Positions 63,782 through 64,000 of a DNA stretch of 64,000 nucleotides are shown here, piece after piece. Where the stretch lies: contig CM082580.2 of NCBI GenBank assembly GCA_040954595.2, forward strand, positions 12,290,909 through 12,354,908. The letters run 5' to 3'. The notes beneath the pieces were generated by a model, which did no database searches, had not been told where the DNA came from, and saw only the letters and a list, made by a program, of their open reading frames with translations. Numbering within the stretch: the stretch's first letter is position 1; every line of letters begins with the position of its first letter. The translations under genes and the position numbers were made by a program. The stretch is from Balanoglossus misakiensis. Its lineage: Eukaryota > Animalia > Hemichordata.

Positions 63782-64000
63782 CTCTAACAATCAGGGGACA
63801 ACAGAAGGGAGGGGGGGGGGGGTTAATGAATCTAGAATGAATACAATTGCCTGTTTGCAATCCATTTCATAGCATGCAAATGAACTGATTCCAGACACTT
63901 GACCTAAAACGGCTGATGTGCATGGTTTCCTATGGAACACCTGTGGTTGTTTACCCCAGGACAGTTTATTTATAGTTTGTCATGAGTGATATTGTTCTTT

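Noticed and set aside
1-64000. Prokaryotic-style systems (CRISPR arrays, operons, defence loci), selenocysteine read-through and AT-AC introns
   Set aside because: The DNA is eukaryotic with spliceosomal introns. No repeat-spacer arrays were found, none of the six gene models has an in-frame TGA, and all introns are GT-AG except one GC-AG.

Overview
Intron-rich animal genomic DNA, probably from an invertebrate deuterostome (hemichordate/echinoderm-like; this is an inference from gene content). No rRNA, tRNA, CRISPR or prokaryotic operon was found. Six protein-coding genes were assembled by hand with phase-consistent splice junctions: (1) UBR3 E3 ligase, minus strand, 23 exons, running off the left edge; (2) a kisspeptin-receptor-like GPCR, minus; (3) a divergently oriented, intronless orexin/QRFP/NPFF-type peptide GPCR with NRY in place of DRY, plus; (4) a secreted mosaic protein, signal-CTLD-LDLa-CTLD-LDLa x3-seven EAR/EPTP repeats, minus, with a GC-AG intron; (5) head-to-head with it, a secreted mosaic protein, signal-basic GKR/RR propeptide-very acidic CTLD-Kunitz-WAP-Cys-rich module-atypical Kunitz, plus; (6) U1 snRNP protein C, plus. 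The best candidate for an undescribed system is the divergent pair (4)+(5). The two genes share the same N-terminal exon cassette and then diverge into different phase-1 modules. Gene (5) also encodes a possible amidated cationic peptide on a micro-exon and has rewired Kunitz disulfides. Intergenic DNA holds MITE-like inverted repeats and microsatellites. All calls come from reading the sequence; no database searches were run.
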